From: Actinomycetota bacterium
GTDB lineage: Bacteria > Actinomycetota > Acidimicrobiia > Acidimicrobiales > Ilumatobacteraceae
Assembly (NCBI GenBank): GCA_026393475.1
Contig: JAPLAA010000061.1
Coordinates: forward strand, 21,927-85,926
Direction: 5' to 3'
Length of the DNA stretch: 64,000 nt
Positions 25,830 to 35,177 of the stretch are shown here, piece by piece. A model generated the notes under the pieces. That model ran no database searches and was not told the DNA's origin. It saw only the letters and a list, made by a program, of their open reading frames with translations. The position numbers and the translations under genes are program-made. Each line of letters begins with the position of its first letter. Position 1 is the first letter of the stretch.

Positions 25830-28001
25830 ATGTCGATCAGACGTTTCATCAACCGCCGGCTGGCGCGCAAGCTCACCCTCATCATCGGCGTCGTGTCGAC
25901 CATCGGCCTGGCGTGCATGGTGTTGACCGTGTCGACCCGGGTGGCCGACCAGGTGCGCGAGAGCACCGAGCGCTACCAGGAGGAGGTCGCCCAGCAGACG
26001 GCTGCCGACGTGCGTGCAACGCTCGACGAGGCGCTCGATGTCGCCCGCGGACTCAGCGCCACCCTGTCGGCGCTCAACGAATCGGGTGTGCGCAACCGGT
26101 CGGCGTACGACGCGATCCAGATCAATCTGCTCGAGGAGCACCCGGACCTGCTCGGCGTGTACACCGGTTGGGAACCCGAAGCGCTCGACGGCTTCGACAC
26201 CGTCTACGCGAACACCCCGGGCCACGACGCGACCGGGCGGTACGTGCCCTACTGGAACCGTGCGGGCGGCGAGATCGCCGTCGAACCGCTGTTGTCGTAC
26301 GACACGGCGGGCATCGGTGACTACTACCAGCTCCCGGTCACCACGGGCGACACCTTCGTCCTCGAGCCGTTCGTGTATCCGGTGAACGGCGTCGACGTGC
26401 TGATGACCTCGCTGGTGACACCGCTGATCGTGCGCGACGAGATCGTGGGCATGGCGGGTGTGGACATCGCCCTCGACACCCTGCAGCAGCAGGTGAGCGA
26501 GCTCCGACCGATGTCGACCGGCAAGGTCACACTCGTCTCCCAGACCGGCCTGCTCGTCGCCTCAGGTGAGGGTGAGGGGCTCGGCACCCCTGTCGTCGAC
26601 CTGCATCCGGGGTTCGCCCCGGCGCTCGAGGACCCGACCATCGGCGCCGCCTGGACGGGAGCGCTGAACGACGACGAGTCCGTGGCGCGGTCGATCTCCG
26701 TGCCGGTTCCCTTCGACGGCACCGACATGACCTGGTCGGTGATCGTGTCCGTGCCCGAGTCGACGGTGCTCGCCCCGGTTCGCGACGTCCAACGACAGAT
26801 GGTCCTCACCGGCATCGTCGTCGCCCTCCTCGTGGCCGCGGGCTGCTGGCTGAGCGTCCGCCGCCTCCTCGGTGCACCGGTGCACCGGCTCGGTGTCGCG
26901 GTCGATCGCATCACGAACGGCGATCTGATGTCGCCGGTGGGCGACACCGATCGGCCGGACGAACTCGGCAGCCTCGCGACCGCGGTCGACCGCTACCGAC
27001 GAGCGCTCGTCGACGGCGAGCAGGCGCGCGCCGAGGAGGAACGGCTCCGTGCCGAGCACGAGGAGATGCGCCGCCGGCAGGAGACGCTCGCCGAGGAACG
27101 CGCCGACCTGCTCGCCGAGCAGGTGCACGCGCGCGAACTCGCCGAACAGGACCGGCGCCGGACGTTCCAGGAGCTCTCCGACCGCTTCTCCGAAGCGATC
27201 GGCGGGATCTCGTCGATCGTGTCGGCGGAATCTGCACGTCTCAGCGCACGGGCCGACGATCTGCGCACCACGACACAGTCCACCACCGACAACGCCCGAC
27301 ACGCGGCATCGATCACGGAACGGGCCGCGGCCGACATCCAGCAGGTGGCCACCGCCGTCGAGCAGTTGAGCGGGTCGATCCACGACATCCGCAACGAGAT
27401 GGCCGTGTCGAGCGAGACGGCGAATCGGGCGGTCGACGAAGCCAACGACATGCGGCGCGAATTCCAGTCGCTCGAGACGACCACGCGGGCGATCAGCGAC
27501 GTCGTGGCATTGATCGAGCAGATCGCGAGCCAGACCAACCTGCTCGCCCTGAACGCCACGATCGAGGCCGCGCGAGCCGGCGAGGCGGGCAAGGGGTTCG
27601 CCGTCGTCGCGAGCGAGGTCCGAGACCTCGCCGGGCAGACCGCGGCGGCGACCGAGGACATCGCACGTCAGATCGCCGACGTCCAGCAGGCCACGTCGCG
27701 ATCGCTCGCGGCGATCACCGCCATCGATCGCACGATCTCCTCGATCAGCCAGGCGTCCGCGACCGTCGCCGGCGCGATCGGCGAGCAGGCAGCGGCCACG
27801 GCCCAGATCGCGTCGGGGGTCACCTCGGCCGCACGCGGCATGGAGCGAGCGGTCGAGACCGTCGCGAACGTCGTCGCGTCGAGCGCCGTCGCCGGCGCCG
27901 CCACGGACGAGGTGGCCACGTCGTCGTTCACCCTGCTCGAACGCGGCAGCGACCTCGACCGGGAGTCGCGTCAGTTCGTGGCAGCCCTGACCGCCGGCTG
28001 A
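25830..28001 (+). CDS. methyl-accepting chemotaxis protein with periplasmic double-Cache-like sensor and HAMP
   Basis: TM1, a Cache-like region (YVPYWNR...VLMTSLVTP), TM2, HAMP, then the conserved signalling hairpin [42 protein letters not shown] before the ATG at 25830. Confidence 0.9.
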   Translation: MSIRRFINRRLARKLTLIIGVVSTIGLACMVLTVSTRVADQVRESTERYQEEVAQQTAADVRATLDEALDVARGLSATLSALNESGVRNRSAYDAIQINLLEEHPDLLGVYTGWEPEALDGFDTVYANTPGHDATGRYVPYWNRAGGEIAVEPLLSYDTAGIGDYYQLPVTTGDTFVLEPFVYPVNGVDVLMTSLVTPLIVRDEIVGMAGVDIALDTLQQQVSELRPMSTGKVTLVSQTGLLVASGEGEGLGTPVVDLHPGFAPALEDPTIGAAWTGALNDDESVARSISVPVPFDGTDMTWSVIVSVPESTVLAPVRDVQRQMVLTGIVVALLVAAGCWLSVRRLLGAPVHRLGVAVDRITNGDLMSPVGDTDRPDELGSLATAVDRYRRALVDGEQARAEEERLRAEHEEMRRRQETLAEERADLLAEQVHARELAEQDRRRTFQELSDRFSEAIGGISSIVSAESARLSARADDLRTTTQSTTDNARHAASITERAAADIQQVATAVEQLSGSIHDIRNEMAVSSETANRAVDEANDMRREFQSLETTTRAISDVVALIEQIASQTNLLALNATIEAARAGEAGKGFAVVASEVRDLAGQTAAATEDIARQIADVQQATSRSLAAITAIDRTISSISQASATVAGAIGEQAAATAQIASGVTSAARGMERAVETVANVVASSAVAGAATDEVATSSFTLLERGSDLDRESRQFVAALTAG

Positions 28002-28037
28002 TCTCGTCCGAGGACGCGCGACCGCGTCGGTGGCGGG

Positions 28038-28832
28038 TCAGGCGAAGAACCGCTCGAGCTCGTGCGGATCGTGCGGGTTCAGGCACACGAGCACCAGCCG
28101 GTTCACGCCGAGCTCGGCCAACCGGCGCCGGTCGGGGTGATCGGGATCGGCGAGGCCGCGGTCCCACTCGGCCCAGACGGACACGATCATCGGGTCGTTC
28201 GCACGGTCGCCGGCGGCACGGGCGGCGGTCGCGGCGTCGATGATCGCCGGCAGATCCTCGTGACTGCGACGCACGTTGAAGCCGTCGGTGCGCACGGCGG
28301 CGAGGCGGGCCAGCGGCTCGCTGTTCACGCCGAGGAACACCCGGGGCCGGGGCCGCGGCAGGGGGAAGTGCTCGTACGCCGACGGCCGATCGTCACCCCA
28401 CATCTCGTCGAGCAGGTCGAGCGCGTCGGCGAGCCGCTGGTGGCGGGTGGCGATCGTGGGCGCGAGCTCGAGCCCGAGCGCGCGGTGCTCGGCCGACCAC
28501 GCCGTGTTCGGCGCGGCGCCTGCCCCCAGGCCGAGCAGCAGTCGACCACCGCTGATCGACTGCACGCTGGCGGCGGCGTTGGCCATCACGCCGGGGTTCC
28601 GGTTGGCGATGTTGACCACCAACGTGCCCAGACCGATCGTCGTGGTGGCCGCCGCCATGGCACCGAGCAACGAGAAGCACTCGAGCATGTCGCTGCCGCC
28701 CCGGAGCACGTTCCCCGCGAAGTGGTCGAACACGTAGGCGGTCTCGAACCCGGCGGCCTCGGCGACGAGCACGCCGTCGCGGATGCGCTCCCACGGTTCG
28801 ACCGCGGGGTTGAGCTGGACGTCGATGATCAT
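28038..28832 (-). CDS. luciferase-like monooxygenase (LLM) class oxidoreductase, possibly F420-dependent
   Basis: 264 aa with an LLM-type TIM-barrel sequence (FDHF...GRLLLGLGAG). The ATG overlaps the upstream stop (ATGA). Confidence 0.8.
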   Translation of the reverse strand: MIIDVQLNPAVEPWERIRDGVLVAEAAGFETAYVFDHFAGNVLRGGSDMLECFSLLGAMAAATTTIGLGTLVVNIANRNPGVMANAAASVQSISGGRLLLGLGAGAAPNTAWSAEHRALGLELAPTIATRHQRLADALDLLDEMWGDDRPSAYEHFPLPRPRPRVFLGVNSEPLARLAAVRTDGFNVRRSHEDLPAIIDAATAARAAGDRANDPMIVSVWAEWDRGLADPDHPDRRRLAELGVNRLVLVCLNPHDPHELERFFA

Positions 28833-30556
28833 CGGGTGCTGCTTTCGTCGAACAGCACCACCACCGAACGAGGTGCCACGAGGACCGTACCGTCGTCGAG
28901 GCGCCGCGACGACGGGGAGGAGGCGAACTCGAACCGCCAGTCGGCTGGGTCTCCGGGCGCCTGGACGGTGAAGGTGAGCGGCTCCCACCAGGCGTTCGCC
29001 ATCACGTAGAGCGGGCCGCTGTGCCAGGCGAGCGAACGCGACTCGTAGCCGAAGTCGGGGCCGCCCTGCACCCCGTGGCAGTGGACGACCTCGTGGTCGA
29101 GGTGGCGGCGCAGCGCGAGCAGCCGCCGGACGTCGTCGTGCAGGTCGCGCAGGTCGTCCCGGTCGAGCAACGACCAGTCGACCCAATTCGTCGGTCCGTC
29201 GACGTCGTACGGATTGTCGTGACCGTCCTGGGTGCGGCCGAACTCGTCGCCCATCACGAACATGGCCGGACCGGCCGACAACAGCAGCACCGTGAACAGG
29301 TTGCGCAGTTGCTGTGGACGCAGCTCCGGCCCGCAGTCCCACGACCGGTGACGATCGGCGGTCACGATCGTCAGATCGTGGAGGGTGAGCCCGTCGTGGG
29401 CGTCGACGAAGTTGACGCTGCGCCAGGGCTGGCGGTCGAAGATCTCGGGGCTGCCCTGCACCCGTTGCACCATCGCCGGCACGAGGCCGGGCTCGGCGCG
29501 CACGAAGCCGCGCACGTCGTCGCGGAAGCGGTCGTTCCACTGGGCCCACCGCTGATCGGGGAAGCCTCGACCCACCTGATAGGCCGCGAGGTCCCACGGT
29601 TCGGCCACGAGGGTGACGCCCCGTCGCTCGGCCCAGTCGCCGATGCGCCGCACCAGGTCGCCACCGTCGCGGGTGAGCAGCGAGGCGAGGTCGAACCGGA
29701 AACCGTCGACGCCGAGGTCGGCGTACCGGCCGAGCGCCTCGAGCACGAGGTCGCGGATCCACGGATCGGCCGGGTCGGCGTCGTTGCCGCACCCGCTGTC
29801 GTCGCACGGGCGACCGTCGTCGCGCCACCGGTACGCCGACGGGTCGAAGCCGCGCAGGGTCCACGTCGGTCGGGTGGGGTCGGCCTCGCCGGTGTGGTTG
29901 AACACGACGTCGATCCACACGGCGAGACCGTGGGCGTGGGCGTCCTCGACGAAGTCGGCGAGTTCGACGGCGGCGTCGGGTCCGGCCGCGTACGGCTGGT
30001 GGACGGCGCCCCAGACGATCGGCATGTAGCCCCAGTAGTTGTCCGAGGTGTCGAAGGGGTGCACCGGCATCAGCTCGATCACGTCGATGCCGAGGTCGCG
30101 CAGGTACGGCAGCCGAGCACGCGCGCCGTCGAAGGTGCGGGCGAAGCCCCGGGGGTGCGTCTCGTAGATCACGGGGTATCGCAGCGCCGCCGTGTCGGGG
30201 GCGCTGCGGGCGAGCTGTGGCCGTGTCGGCCACGGGGCACCGCGGACCACCCCGACCGGACGGCCGTCGACGAAGGTGAGCGCCTCGGCCGACGGATCGA
30301 CCAACGGCTCACCACCGTCGACGACGAGCCAGTAGTGGTCGCCGGCGGAAGCCGTCGTGGCGCCGTGCCACCAGCCGGCCGATCGCGTCGCGGTGGTCGC
30401 CCGCTGCAGCAGGGTGCGGTGCTCGCCGCCGTTGCTCCTCCCGTCGCTGCCCACCGAACGGACGACGAGCGCCACCTCCGATGCCGACGGCGCGCGGACC
30501 TCGACCTGGAGGGGCACTGCGGTCGGGGCATCGGTGCTGGTGGCGAGGGGCTCCAC
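28829..30556 (-). CDS. GH13 glycogen-debranching-type enzyme (GlgX/TreX-like isoamylase)
   Basis: YWGY, VVFNHTGE and GVDGFRFDLAS are GH13 conserved regions. The start is set at GTG 30556 because the longer ORF would run over the divergent coxD-like start; it remains uncertain. Confidence 0.82.
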   Translation of the reverse strand: MEPLATSTDAPTAVPLQVEVRAPSASEVALVVRSVGSDGRSNGGEHRTLLQRATTATRSAGWWHGATTASAGDHYWLVVDGGEPLVDPSAEALTFVDGRPVGVVRGAPWPTRPQLARSAPDTAALRYPVIYETHPRGFARTFDGARARLPYLRDLGIDVIELMPVHPFDTSDNYWGYMPIVWGAVHQPYAAGPDAAVELADFVEDAHAHGLAVWIDVVFNHTGEADPTRPTWTLRGFDPSAYRWRDDGRPCDDSGCGNDADPADPWIRDLVLEALGRYADLGVDGFRFDLASLLTRDGGDLVRRIGDWAERRGVTLVAEPWDLAAYQVGRGFPDQRWAQWNDRFRDDVRGFVRAEPGLVPAMVQRVQGSPEIFDRQPWRSVNFVDAHDGLTLHDLTIVTADRHRSWDCGPELRPQQLRNLFTVLLLSAGPAMFVMGDEFGRTQDGHDNPYDVDGPTNWVDWSLLDRDDLRDLHDDVRRLLALRRHLDHEVVHCHGVQGGPDFGYESRSLAWHSGPLYVMANAWWEPLTFTVQAPGDPADWRFEFASSPSSRRLDDGTVLVAPRSVVVLFDESSTR

Positions 30557-30665
30557 GGCGCACCAGCATGGCAGCGAACTGTCGAATTCCCGACCGCACG
30601 TGCCCGGCGGCCGGCCCGGTCCCGCATGGCACCCCGACACGGAACCACCTCTAGTCTGTGCTCCG

Positions 30666-31592
30666 ATGCTCTCGCCCACCAGCACCCCGGCCGACGTCGC
30701 CAACGCGCTCACCTCGCACGGGTACCTCCCCGACGACGGCCTGGCGACGGCGATCTTCCTCGCACTGTCGTTGAAGCGACCGCTGCTGCTCGAGGGCGAG
30801 GCCGGCGTCGGCAAGACCGAGGTGGCCAAGGTGCTCAGCCGCTGGACCGGTGGCTCGCTCATCCGGCTGCAGTGCTACGAGGGCATCGACGCATCCCAGG
30901 CCGTCTACGACTGGGACTACTCGCGCCAGCTGCTGCACCTGCGCGCCGCCGAGGCGACGGGCGAGGCCCGCGGCCTCGGCACCTCGATCCTCGAGGACCA
31001 GCTCTACAACGAGCGGTTCCTGCTGAAGCGGGCGCTGCTGCGGGCCATCGACCACGGGAGCCTCATCCCGCCCGTGCTCCTGATCGACGAGGTCGACCGC
31101 GCCGACGACGAGTTCGAGGCGTACCTGCTCGAGGTACTGAGCGACTACCAGATCACGATCCCCGAACTCGGCGTGTTCACCACGACGATGCCCCCGGTGG
31201 TGATCCTGACGTCGAACCGCACGCGCGACGTGCACGACGCGCTCAAGCGCCGCTGCCTGTACCACTGGGTCGAGCATCCCGACTTCGAGCGCGAGGTCCA
31301 GATCGTGCGGATGCGCGTGCCGCACGTGCTCGCCCCGCTCGCCCGCCAGGTGGCCGGCGCGGTCGAGTCGATGCGCACCCGCAACCTCTACAAGCCGCCG
31401 GGCGTCGCCGAGACCATCGACTGGGCGACCGCGCTCGCGTCGCTCGGCGTGAGCGAGCTCGACGAGCACACCGTCGAGGTCACGCTCGGCGCGGTGCTGA
31501 AGTACCGGGAAGACCAGGACAAGGTGCGCCAGAACGGCGGCATCGCCGACATCGTGAAGCAGGCGTTCGAACGCGGCGCGTTCCACGGTTGA
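30666..31592 (+). CDS. coxD: MoxR-type AAA+ ATPase (CoxD-like)
   Basis: Walker A LLLEGEAGVGKTEVAK and Walker B VLLIDEVDRADDE. Followed by a VWA gene, as in cox clusters. Confidence 0.88.
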   Translation: MLSPTSTPADVANALTSHGYLPDDGLATAIFLALSLKRPLLLEGEAGVGKTEVAKVLSRWTGGSLIRLQCYEGIDASQAVYDWDYSRQLLHLRAAEATGEARGLGTSILEDQLYNERFLLKRALLRAIDHGSLIPPVLLIDEVDRADDEFEAYLLEVLSDYQITIPELGVFTTTMPPVVILTSNRTRDVHDALKRRCLYHWVEHPDFEREVQIVRMRVPHVLAPLARQVAGAVESMRTRNLYKPPGVAETIDWATALASLGVSELDEHTVEVTLGAVLKYREDQDKVRQNGGIADIVKQAFERGAFHG

Positions 31593-31599
31593 TCCTGCG

Positions 31600-32838
31600 A
31601 TGACCGGCACCCCCGACCCCGATGCACGGGTGGTGAGCGAGGGCGAGCAACTCGCGATCGGGTACGCCCGAGTGCTGCGCGGCCTCGGCCTCGCCGTGCC
31701 GATCGGCAGCGTGCTCGACTTCGTCGAGTCGGTCGGACTCCTCGGCATCGACTCGCGCGACGCCGTGTACTGGGCGGCGCGGAGCACTCTCGTGCGCAAG
31801 CCCGAGGACCTCGGCGTGTTCGACCGGGCGTTCGCCGTGTTCTGGGAGCAGCGCCGCAGCACCGGCGACGCAGAGGAACCCGAGGAGCCACTGAAGATCA
31901 CGATCGCGATCGACGACGACGACGATCACGATGGCGGCGACGCCGACAATGCCGAGGCCAACGACGAACCGACGCTGCAACTGCGCTTTTCGACCACCGA
32001 GGTGCTGCGCCAGAAGGATTTCGCGTCGTACTCCGAGGACGAACTCGAGCTCGCCCAGTCGCTCATGAGCGATCTGCGCTTCGCCGGCCCGCCCCGCGCG
32101 TCGTTCCGCACGCAGCGGTCGAACCGGGGGCAGAACCCCGACATCCGCGCCACGATCCGGGCCTCGCTGCGCGCCGGTGGCGAGCCGATCGATCGCAAGT
32201 GGCGTGAACCCGGCGAACGGATGCGGCGGCTCGTGCTGCTGCTCGACGTGAGTGGCTCGATGGAGCCCTATGCGCGGGGCATGTTGCGCTTCGTGCACGC
32301 CGCGGTCGCCGGCCGTCAGCGCGTGGAGGCGTTCGCCCTCGGCACGCGGCTCACGCGGGTCACCCGCGAGTTGTCGAGCCGCGATCCCGACAAGGCCCTC
32401 CAGGCAGCTGCCGCCCGCGTGCTCGACTGGAACGGCGGCACCCGGCTCGGCGAGTGCCTGATGCGCTTCAACGACGAGTGGGGCGTGCGCGGCATGGCCC
32501 GCAACTCGATCGTGGTGATCCTGTCCGACGGGTGGGACCGCGGCGACCCCGCGCTGCTCGGCGAGCAGATGCTGCGCCTCCACCGGGTCGCGTTCCGCAC
32601 GATCTGGGTGAACCCGCTGAAGGTGACCCCCGGGTACGCCCCGCTCGCCCGCGGGATGGCGGCGGCCCTCCCCTACGTCGACGCCTTCGTCGAGGGACAC
32701 TCCATCGCGGCGATGGAGGAATTGGCGGCGACCATCTCCGCCCATACGCTCGACGGCGGCACCCGGAGCGTCTATCGCGCTGGCGCGTCGCCCGCATCCA
32801 CCGCCGGCACATCACAAGGAGCACCGACCCATGCGTGA
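31600..32838 (+). CDS. coxE: VWA-domain protein (CoxE-like)
   Basis: VLLLDVSGSM MIDAS motif and CoxE-type N-terminal region. Confidence 0.86.
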   Translation: MTGTPDPDARVVSEGEQLAIGYARVLRGLGLAVPIGSVLDFVESVGLLGIDSRDAVYWAARSTLVRKPEDLGVFDRAFAVFWEQRRSTGDAEEPEEPLKITIAIDDDDDHDGGDADNAEANDEPTLQLRFSTTEVLRQKDFASYSEDELELAQSLMSDLRFAGPPRASFRTQRSNRGQNPDIRATIRASLRAGGEPIDRKWREPGERMRRLVLLLDVSGSMEPYARGMLRFVHAAVAGRQRVEAFALGTRLTRVTRELSSRDPDKALQAAAARVLDWNGGTRLGECLMRFNDEWGVRGMARNSIVVILSDGWDRGDPALLGEQMLRLHRVAFRTIWVNPLKVTPGYAPLARGMAAALPYVDAFVEGHSIAAMEELAATISAHTLDGGTRSVYRAGASPASTAGTSQGAPTHA

Positions 32839-33148
32839 ACTGCTCGACGACATCGACCGCTGGCGCGCCGACGGCAAGCGTGTCGCCGTCGCCCGCGTGG
32901 TCGACATCCTCGGCTCCGGGCCGCGCGAACCGGGCGCGGCGATGGCCGTCAACGAGGCGGGCGAGGTCGCCGGCAGTGTCAGCGGTGGATGCGTCGAGGG
33001 CGCGGTCGTGAGCGAGGCCCTCGGGGTGCTCCACGGCGAGCGCGGTCCAGGCATCGTCACGTTCGGTTACAGCGACGACGAGGCCTTCGCCGTCGGTCTC
33101 ACCTGCGGCGGCACGATCCGCCTGTTCATCGAAGCGCTCGACTGGTGA
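32831..33148 (+). CDS. stand-alone XdhC/CoxI N-terminal-domain protein
   Basis: 105 aa. GSGPREPGAAMAV...GSVSGGCVE is typical of the XdhC_CoxI domain. 8-nt overlap with the coxE-like stop. Confidence 0.8.
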   Translation: MRELLDDIDRWRADGKRVAVARVVDILGSGPREPGAAMAVNEAGEVAGSVSGGCVEGAVVSEALGVLHGERGPGIVTFGYSDDEAFAVGLTCGGTIRLFIEALDW

Positions 33149-33182
33149 GCGTCGACGTGACGACCCTCGGGAAGGGCATGAG

Positions 33183-33986
33183 ATGAGCGCCGCTCTGTAC
33201 GACATCCTGCGCGATCGGTTGCGAGCGCAGCAACCCACGGCGCTGGCCACCGTCATCGACGGCCCGGACCCGGGCTGCAAGCTGCTGGTGACCCCCGATG
33301 AGGTGCTCGGCGGACTCGGACATCCAGAGCTCGACCGGATCGTCGCCCGCGACGCGCTCGCGGAGCTCGAGGCGGGCCGGTCGGGCATCCGCCACTACGG
33401 ACCCGAGGGCCAGACGACCCCCGAGGATCTCGTCGACGCGCCCACACTGGCGGTGTTCGTCGAGAGCTGGTCGCCGCCGCCGCAGATGTGGATCTTCGGC
33501 GCCGTCGACTTCACCGCCGCGCTGTCACGCGTGGCGAAGGTCCTCGGCTACCGGGTGATCGTGTGCGACGCGCGTGAGATCTTCGCGACGCGCCGTCGCT
33601 TCCCCGCAGCGGACGAGGTGGTGGTGTCGTGGCCCGGTGGCCTGTACGAACGCCGCGGCGACCAGCTCGGCCAGCGCGATGCCGTCGCGATCCTCACCCA
33701 CGACCCGAAGTTCGACGTGCCGGCGGTGCAGGGAGCGCTCGCCACCCGCGTGGGCTACATCGGGGTGATGGGCAGTCGGAAGACGCACGCGAAACGGGTC
33801 GAGCGACTGCGCGAGGTGGGCGTCACCGACGCGGAGCTCGCCCGGTTGATGTCGCCGATCGGACTCGACCTGGGAGCACGGACGCCGGAGGAGACCGCGA
33901 TCTCGATCTGCGCCGAGATCATCGCCCGGCGCACGGGTCGGGCGGCACCGTCGCTGCGCGACGCGGACGGTCCGATCCACAGCTGA
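33183..33986 (+). CDS. XdhC family molybdenum-cofactor insertion chaperone (CoxF/XdhC-like)
   Basis: XdhC N-terminal domain plus Rossmann-like domain (WIFGAVDF...VIVCDAR). Confidence 0.85.
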   Translation: MSAALYDILRDRLRAQQPTALATVIDGPDPGCKLLVTPDEVLGGLGHPELDRIVARDALAELEAGRSGIRHYGPEGQTTPEDLVDAPTLAVFVESWSPPPQMWIFGAVDFTAALSRVAKVLGYRVIVCDAREIFATRRRFPAADEVVVSWPGGLYERRGDQLGQRDAVAILTHDPKFDVPAVQGALATRVGYIGVMGSRKTHAKRVERLREVGVTDAELARLMSPIGLDLGARTPEETAISICAEIIARRTGRAAPSLRDADGPIHS

Positions 33987-34040
33987 GCAACGCTGACGAA
34001 CGGCTACGCAACAGCTGAGCAACAGCTGAGGAACGGCTGC
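33980..34040 (+). repeat. imperfect ~11-bp tandem array that starts with the last codon and stop of the XdhC gene
   Basis: cagctgagcaa / cgctgacgaa / cggctacgcaa / cagctgagcaa / cagctgaggaa. TGA at 33984, 33994, 34016 and 34027, covering all three frames. Confidence 0.85.
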
Positions 34041-34075
34041 CCGACCGCCCGGCATGTGCGGGCGGCGACGAGCGA

Positions 34076-34765
34076 TCAGTCGGTCGGGTCGCCGAACTTG
34101 AGGTTGCGGCGGGCTTTGACGACGTCGACCTCGACGGGGCGACCGGGCATCACCGCGTGCACGACGGCACGATCGACGCCGAGGTACATCATCACGTGAC
34201 CGGGGTACTGGACGAGGTCACCGGCCATGGCCGTCTCGAGCTCTCGCGGCGCCGCGGCACGGATCTGCGCCGAACTCTGGCGGGTGAGATCGAAGCCGGC
34301 CTGGGCCCAGGCGTAGGAGGTGAGCCCGGAGCAGTCGAACCCGACACCGGGCTTGCTGGTGTTCCGGCGGTACGCCACGCCGAGCTGGCTGAGCGCAGCG
34401 ACGAGTGCGGTCTGGTGTTCGAGGTCTGCCTCGGCCCAGGCCCGCTGCATCTCGGCGGGGTCGAGGGCGACTCGGTTGGCGATCGTGACGGCCATGAGAT
34501 CGAGCTGCTGCTCGAACGAGGTGAGGGCGGCGGCGTCGCCGGTCTCCTGGTAGCGCTGGGCGAGTGCGAGGGCCTGTGCGGCCTGATCGGCGACGGCGTC
34601 GGCCTGGCGGGCTCGGCCCTGCACGGAGGCGATCGATGCCGGCGCGGCGTGGGCGGTGAGCGGGCCGGCGATCGGCAGGGCAAGGGTGGAGACCCCTGCG
34701 GTGGCGAGTGCGGCTGCCAGGACGAACCGGCGAGCTGAACGCCGGATGTACGGCTGGTTGGACAT
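34076..34765 (-). CDS. secreted NlpC/P60 family peptidoglycan hydrolase
   Basis: Signal peptide. Catalytic GFDCSGLTSYAW and YPGHVMMYLG. ATG at 34765; the upstream in-frame extension is Arg/Pro-rich. Confidence 0.87.
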   Translation of the reverse strand: MSNQPYIRRSARRFVLAAALATAGVSTLALPIAGPLTAHAAPASIASVQGRARQADAVADQAAQALALAQRYQETGDAAALTSFEQQLDLMAVTIANRVALDPAEMQRAWAEADLEHQTALVAALSQLGVAYRRNTSKPGVGFDCSGLTSYAWAQAGFDLTRQSSAQIRAAAPRELETAMAGDLVQYPGHVMMYLGVDRAVVHAVMPGRPVEVDVVKARRNLKFGDPTD

Positions 34766-35002
34766 GTGGACTGACGACTCCTCGGTCTCGCGTCCGGCGA
34801 CGCCGGGGCGTCGAGGACGTGGATTGTCGTGAGCGGTGGGGGGAGGACCCCTGGGTGGGATCCGGCCGACACGATCACGCAGGAGCGCCGTACGAGAGCG
34901 CAACCGCTGTCATCACGACCCGACGAGTACCCCACCGTGCTCGTCCGGCGGGCCGGCGATCGGGTGGGCCGGCGAACCGGCGGGTCGTAACGAGCGCAAC
35001 TG

Positions 35003-35076
35003 TACCGTCACACAACCGTCATGTTCAAGCGGGTCGTCATCTTTTCGTCATGTGACCGTCGCCTCACCGTCACACC
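35003..35076. promoter_or_regulatory. cluster of GTCACA / CGTCAT motifs in the divergent NlpC/P60 - MocA-like intergenic region (candidate regulator sites)
   Basis: ccGTCACAC (35005-13), ccGTCATg, tcGTCATc, tcGTCATGTGACcgtc and ccGTCACAC (35067-75). Confidence 0.3.
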
Positions 35077-35177
35077 CCGGGGGAACCGGTGGAGTCGGCG
35101 AGCACGCGTTCCACGTGCCCCGGATCGCCCCGGGAGCGCCCCGGACTCGAAGATGCGGCCGCCGGTAACGTGGCCGC

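Noticed and set aside
34766-35177. I considered calling a ydaO/c-di-AMP riboswitch as an RNA feature upstream of the NlpC/P60 gene.
   Set aside because: Context and pseudo-symmetry are suggestive. However, I could not find the conserved core strings of the motif by eye. Without a covariance-model score it stays a hypothesis in the findings.
35076-35177. The C-rich segment with three GCCCCGG elements upstream of the MocA-like gene looked like a possible 6C-type small RNA.
   Set aside because: I could not draw the two C-rich-loop hairpins characteristic of 6C RNA. The segment more probably belongs to the promoter or 5' region of the MocA-like gene.
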